From: an uncultured bacterium
Lineage (GTDB): Bacteria > Omnitrophota > Gorgyraeia > Duberdicusellales > CBEUCJ01
Length of the DNA stretch: 64,000 nucleotides
Assembly (NCBI GenBank): GCA_965541615.1
Contig: CBEUCJ010000005.1
Coordinates: 46,251-110,250 of the forward strand
Direction: 5' to 3'
The translations under genes and the position numbers were made by a program. Of the stretch, positions 60,281-64,000 are shown in pieces; position 1 is the stretch's first letter, and each line of letters opens with the position of its first letter. The notes beneath the pieces are model-generated. The model did not search any database. It was not told the DNA's origin and saw only the letters and a list, made by a program, of their open reading frames with translations.

Positions 60281-62172
60281 GCTGACCTCCTTTCTTTTAA
60301 AGGTTTAAACTCTCTTCCATCTAAATGAAAAAATTTTGAAAAGAATTCATAAAATTCCAATCTCAATGTTTGAATGAAAACGATCAAACCTTCTAATAAT
60401 ATCACTCCTATATTTCCCTCAACTATTAATGTTTCTTTTAGACCTGGTAATTTAGAAAGTGAATCAGCTACCAAATAAACAGACATTCCTAAAGCTGCGT
60501 GTGTGAGACCAAAAGCAGCTACTCTCACAAAGGAGATAGTGTTAGTAAGCAGACCCAAAATAACCTCAATGGGTTTTGAGACGACGATACTTAAATCTTT
60601 TGTTTTTCTAAAAAATAACAGGTCTCCAAACGTAATTAAAAATAAAGGAACTGCCAAAATAAAAATGATTAAAACCAGGTTTAGCTGAACACTTTCAAAT
60701 CTTAAAGCTGAGATTAAAAAATAAAGTGAAAGCCAATAAAAAACAATGCTAAAAATACCCCATTCTTCAAATAGAACTCTTCTTATATCTTTTTGCCAGA
60801 TTCTTTGAATGATATTTAAAATTATACCTAAACTAATCATAACTATTCCAATGAGTATACCTAAATTTAAAAACCTCTGAGGTTCTCTAAATGGAGAAAA
60901 CCAAACAGGTTTTATTATGTCTTCTTTTCCAAAAAAGCTTCCAAAAAGGATTCCAAATGTCGCTGAAGAGATACCTACTAATTGCATTATCTTTGCAAAA
61001 TCTCTTAGAGTTTTAAATAAAAAAAGAACTAAGCCTATTAAAAAAAGAACTAAGCCATGACCTAAATCTGCAAACATAATTCCAAACATTATTAGAAAAC
61101 TTAAAGCCATAAAGATCGTAGGGTCTATGTGTTTATAGGCAGGTATTCCATAGAATTTGAGGATCTTTTCAAAAGGTTTAAAAAATTTATGGTCTAAATA
61201 AGAAGGTATATCTTGATACCCTAAACCTTTTTTTATTAAAATCTCTGGTCTCTCTGTTTGAATCTCTACAAAAGGTATACTCTTTAAAGAATGTATTAAA
61301 TCTTTCATCTTACTTTCAGGAGTCCATCCTACAATAATGTAGCCTGATCTTGAAGAAAGAAATCTACTCATTGCTCTATAGAGCTTTTCATTCTCTTCTA
61401 AATTGAACAAATAAAATTTAAGTTTATCTTTAGACTTTTCTTTAATCTCTTTTAACTTCAGTTTCAAATCTACAACTTCCTCTTTCATGCTCCACAGTTC
61501 TAATTCCATTTTATCTAAATCTGGCTTTAAATCTTTCTCAAAGAATACATTTATCTCCTCAAATCTCAAAGCTTCTAAGTTTTTTATTAACTCAGATTCT
61601 TTTTCTTTTAATCCTATACAGAATATAAAAGTCTTATCTTTAAAGGTACCTTTAAATTCAAAAACAAAATCTTTTAATAACTTACTACAGATCTTTACAG
61701 AATCTGAAGGAATGAGTCCTATTTTGAGGACGATATTTTTAAACTCTTTAAAATAATCTAAATCTAAACCTGTATTTTCAATTAAACTTAATACTCTGCA
61801 AAGCTTTTCTCGTTCTTCTATTTTGGCTTGAATATCTTTGAGTTTAAAAAGAACTGATTCTAATTCTCTTTCTATATTCTTTACCTCTTCTTCTATCTCC
61901 TGAACGAATCTCAAAGAAATTGAAAAAGAAGATCTATTTTTATAAACAGCAGAAATCCCTAACTCTCTCATAATTCTTTTTATTCTTTCTTTTATATCTT
62001 GGCATTTAAATAAAATCTCTTTTAAATCTAAATAGTCATAATCAGTCTCCATAAAGTTTTGAGCTCTCTCTATCTCTATGAATCCAAAATCATAAAGCTT
62101 CTTAGATACAGATTCTAAATGCTCTTTTAAAAAAAATATCTTCACTAGTCTCATATCTAATGGTCTAAACAT
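60277..62172 (-). CDS. ntpI: V-type ATPase subunit I (a, 116-kDa homologue)
   Basis: 631 aa; N-terminal cytoplasmic coiled-coil domain plus a C-terminal polytopic domain containing the conserved Arg region (...FVRVAAFGLTH...). Confidence 0.75.
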   Translation of the reverse strand: MFRPLDMRLVKIFFLKEHLESVSKKLYDFGFIEIERAQNFMETDYDYLDLKEILFKCQDIKERIKRIMRELGISAVYKNRSSFSISLRFVQEIEEEVKNIERELESVLFKLKDIQAKIEEREKLCRVLSLIENTGLDLDYFKEFKNIVLKIGLIPSDSVKICSKLLKDFVFEFKGTFKDKTFIFCIGLKEKESELIKNLEALRFEEINVFFEKDLKPDLDKMELELWSMKEEVVDLKLKLKEIKEKSKDKLKFYLFNLEENEKLYRAMSRFLSSRSGYIIVGWTPESKMKDLIHSLKSIPFVEIQTERPEILIKKGLGYQDIPSYLDHKFFKPFEKILKFYGIPAYKHIDPTIFMALSFLIMFGIMFADLGHGLVLFLIGLVLFLFKTLRDFAKIMQLVGISSATFGILFGSFFGKEDIIKPVWFSPFREPQRFLNLGILIGIVMISLGIILNIIQRIWQKDIRRVLFEEWGIFSIVFYWLSLYFLISALRFESVQLNLVLIIFILAVPLFLITFGDLLFFRKTKDLSIVVSKPIEVILGLLTNTISFVRVAAFGLTHAALGMSVYLVADSLSKLPGLKETLIVEGNIGVILLEGLIVFIQTLRLEFYEFFSKFFHLDGREFKPLKERRSA

Positions 62173-62174
62173 AA

Positions 62175-63113
62175 CTAACTCTGTTTACTATTTAAAATAA
62201 ATATTAATCTCTCTAAAAAGTATTTTTGTTTTAAAGCATACATTAAAAATGGAACTGAACAAAATAAATTCAATTCTCTTTTTTTCAAAAAATTTGAAAA
62301 GAAATACTCTTTTAAATCTCTTTCAAAATCTGAACTCTCAAAGATCTTTTCTTTAAAATTCTCTTCTATTAAATTCAAAGCTTCATCTAAATTAACGACT
62401 TCTAATATTTTTGAGAGTATCTTTTCATTTAGAATTTGAGAAAAAAATTTGTAGATTTGAGCTTTATCTCTATTTTGAAAAAACTTAAACCTCAAAGCCC
62501 ATATCAAAGACATAAAATCTACGTAGTTCTCTAAGATAAAACTTCCCTTATCTCTTAAAAAATTTGCTACTTCTTTTAAAAATCTTAAGAATCTAATATC
62601 TAAATGCACCTCAAAGAAAAAGATATCTTTGTAATGTTGAAAAGCTTTAAAAGCCTCTTCAAAAATCTCTTTTAAAAATTGAGTCTTTTTTAGAAAATGC
62701 TCTATATCTTTATAAGTTGAAATTTGAGAAGGAAATCTTTTAAAAATTAAGAAAGGAATTCCAAAATAAAAAATACTCTTTACTTCTTCTAAAGATAAAT
62801 TGTAATAAATACTCCTCATCAATAATTTAAGATTGAAAATCTCATATTCAAAAAGTAAACTCTTCAAAGCTAAAAAAGCCTTTCCTTTCAAAAATCTTAA
62901 AAGTTTAGTTATTCTTTTTATATACCCTAAATTTAAAGAATGTTCTAATTCTAAAAGAGTAGAGGGTAATTTATTTTCTGGAAGATAGAATTTGAGAATT
63001 TCTGTGCAAGTCTTTATATCTTTATCTTTTACTTTATTCAAATGCTCTTCTTTGAGAGATTTACTCTTTAAAGCTCCTAATAGACCTACTGCTCCTGAAT
63101 AATTAAATATCAT
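62175..63113 (-). CDS. ntpC: V-type ATPase subunit C (d-type rotor-coupling subunit), tentative
   Basis: 312-aa all-helical protein at the expected size. Its position in the operon is unusual (upstream of I rather than between E and F). Confidence 0.45.
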   Translation of the reverse strand: MIFNYSGAVGLLGALKSKSLKEEHLNKVKDKDIKTCTEILKFYLPENKLPSTLLELEHSLNLGYIKRITKLLRFLKGKAFLALKSLLFEYEIFNLKLLMRSIYYNLSLEEVKSIFYFGIPFLIFKRFPSQISTYKDIEHFLKKTQFLKEIFEEAFKAFQHYKDIFFFEVHLDIRFLRFLKEVANFLRDKGSFILENYVDFMSLIWALRFKFFQNRDKAQIYKFFSQILNEKILSKILEVVNLDEALNLIEENFKEKIFESSDFERDLKEYFFSNFLKKRELNLFCSVPFLMYALKQKYFLERLIFILNSKQS

Positions 63114-63418
63114 AAACCAAGAATTTTATTCTTAATTAAATTCTTTATCTTTACTTTCTCCTTTTGAATCTTTTCTCTGAACTCTTTAAGAGTTTTTTTT
63201 AATGCTTCTTCTTTCTGCTTTCTTAAACTATCTATTTCTCTTTCTAACTCCTTTAACTTTCTCTCTCTATACTCAGATATTTCTTTTGATACACTTTCTA
63301 AAATATTTTCAGCTTTCTTTTGAGCTTCTTTTATTATCTTCTGCGAATCTGATTCTGCTTTCTTTAACTTATCGACTAAATTTTTTTCTAATCTCAAAAT
63401 CTCTTCAATCTCTCCCAT
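63110..63418 (-). CDS. ntpF: V-type ATPase peripheral-stalk subunit (G/H-type; NtpF-like), tentative
   Basis: 102-aa single charged coiled coil (MGEIEEILRLEKNLVDKLKKAESDSQKIIKEAQKKAE...). It is the first gene of the operon. Confidence 0.45.
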   Translation of the reverse strand: MGEIEEILRLEKNLVDKLKKAESDSQKIIKEAQKKAENILESVSKEISEYRERKLKELEREIDSLRKQKEEALKKTLKEFREKIQKEKVKIKNLIKNKILGL

Positions 63419-63539
63419 ACTCCTTATTTTTTAAATTTTTTTATCTCATAAAAAAATACATATCCTATTACTAAAAGTATTAAAATCCTAAAAATTAAAT
63501 ACACAATGCCTATCAATAAGTTAGCATCCATTAATTAAA

Positions 63540-63548
63540 ATTATATCA
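63540..63548 (-). promoter_or_regulatory. Candidate extended -10 element (TGATATAAT) upstream of the V-ATPase operon
   Basis: Minus strand ...CAGTGGTGATATAATTTTAATTAATGG... sits ~120 nt upstream of ntpF, in the 150-nt gap after the upstream gene. Confidence 0.25.
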
Positions 63549-63568
63549 CCACTGATATGAATAAAAAA

Positions 63569-64000
63569 TTATTTAATATGATAATCTTCTTTTACATTTT
63601 TCTCTACACACAAAAATTTACAGAACTTCTTAAAATCAGATTGAAAAATTAAATTACCTTCTTCTTTTTTAAACTCATCTAAAAAAATTTTACCTGCAGT
63701 TATAAAATCTTTAAGATCATAAGCTTTAATTTTTAAAAGAGCTTTTAAATTTATTGTAGTCTCTGAAATCAAAAAATCATTTTCTTCTTTTAATTTTAAA
63801 ATTTCTAATTCCTCTTTTTTGGTGCGTGGTATTATGAGTTTAGTGTTATGTGATATTCTGAAATGCTTTCCAAATTTTAATAATTCTAAATCTTTTAAAG
63901 AAAAATCAGATTCATGATTTAAAAGATCTCTAAGTCTTTGAGAAAAAGAAGGTTGTGTAAGTAAACAGCCTCCTGCAGGACTGGTAAAATCTTTTAAAAA
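63569..64000 (-). CDS. C-terminal part of an unidentified protein (gene continues beyond the window end)
   Basis: The minus frame is open from 64000 down to the stop at 63569 (...SPAGGCLLTQPSFSQRLRDLLNHESDFSLKDLELLKFGKHFRISHNTKLIIPRTKKEELEILKLKEENDFLISETTINLK...). The 67-aa ORF in the track is only its tail from an internal Met. Confidence 0.4.
   Translation of the reverse strand, partial: FLKDFTSPAGGCLLTQPSFSQRLRDLLNHESDFSLKDLELLKFGKHFRISHNTKLIIPRTKKEELEILKLKEENDFLISETTINLKALLKIKAYDLKDFITAGKIFLDEFKKEEGNLIFQSDFKKFCKFLCVEKNVKEDYHIK

Overview
This 64 kb window is very AT-rich (roughly 30% GC by eye), bacterial, and about 95% coding. About 70 genes are present and all but two are on the minus strand; many adjacent pairs overlap by 4 bp (ATGA/TGAT). 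The only GC-rich islands are three co-oriented tRNA genes (Pro-TGG, Arg-TCT, His-GTG), whose G:C-rich stems are typical of a thermophile.

Identifiable content, low to high coordinate:
- a type IV pilin (partial) followed by small envelope proteins, including a Tyr-rich secreted repeat protein;
- the tRNA cluster with a 366-aa protein gene wedged between tRNA-Arg and tRNA-His, immediately downstream of rph-rdgB;
- two-subunit class I fumarase, queD-queC-queE, murI, an amidase, purC, rplM-rpsI, an NSS transporter and a PpiD-like chaperone;
- a four-subunit 2-oxoacid:ferredoxin oxidoreductase (porGDAB) with a Thermotoga-type single-cluster ferredoxin and a PflA-like radical SAM;
- a ~16 kb Kdo/heptose/lipid A (LPS inner core) cluster: kdsC-kdsD-kdsA-pyrG-kdsB, HldE kinase domain, three GT9 heptosyltransferases, a GT4, a GT4::GT9 fusion, an LpxL::ELM1-like fusion, lpxK and waaA;
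- xerC, topA, dprA, aroK, a block of small membrane proteins with a flavodoxin, ktrAB, a DUF192 protein, rlmN, a full-length reverse gyrase and a TPR protein;
- a large plus-strand (alpha/alpha)6 glycoside-phosphorylase-like gene, rluA, mgtE, a methyltransferase, ptsN, a Usp-like protein and a complete 9-gene V-type ATPase operon.

No CRISPR array, rRNA or obvious IS element or prophage was seen. I found no single clear-cut new system. The most unusual items are the protein gene embedded in the tRNA operon, a shared YxYDPxxGxIIP/YD-like motif in two adjacent envelope proteins next to the pilin, and the two fused LPS enzymes. Reverse gyrase together with LPS genes, a V-ATPase and a POR in a compact AT-rich genome is also notable. 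All calls rest on motif recognition from the translated ORFs; no database searches were run.
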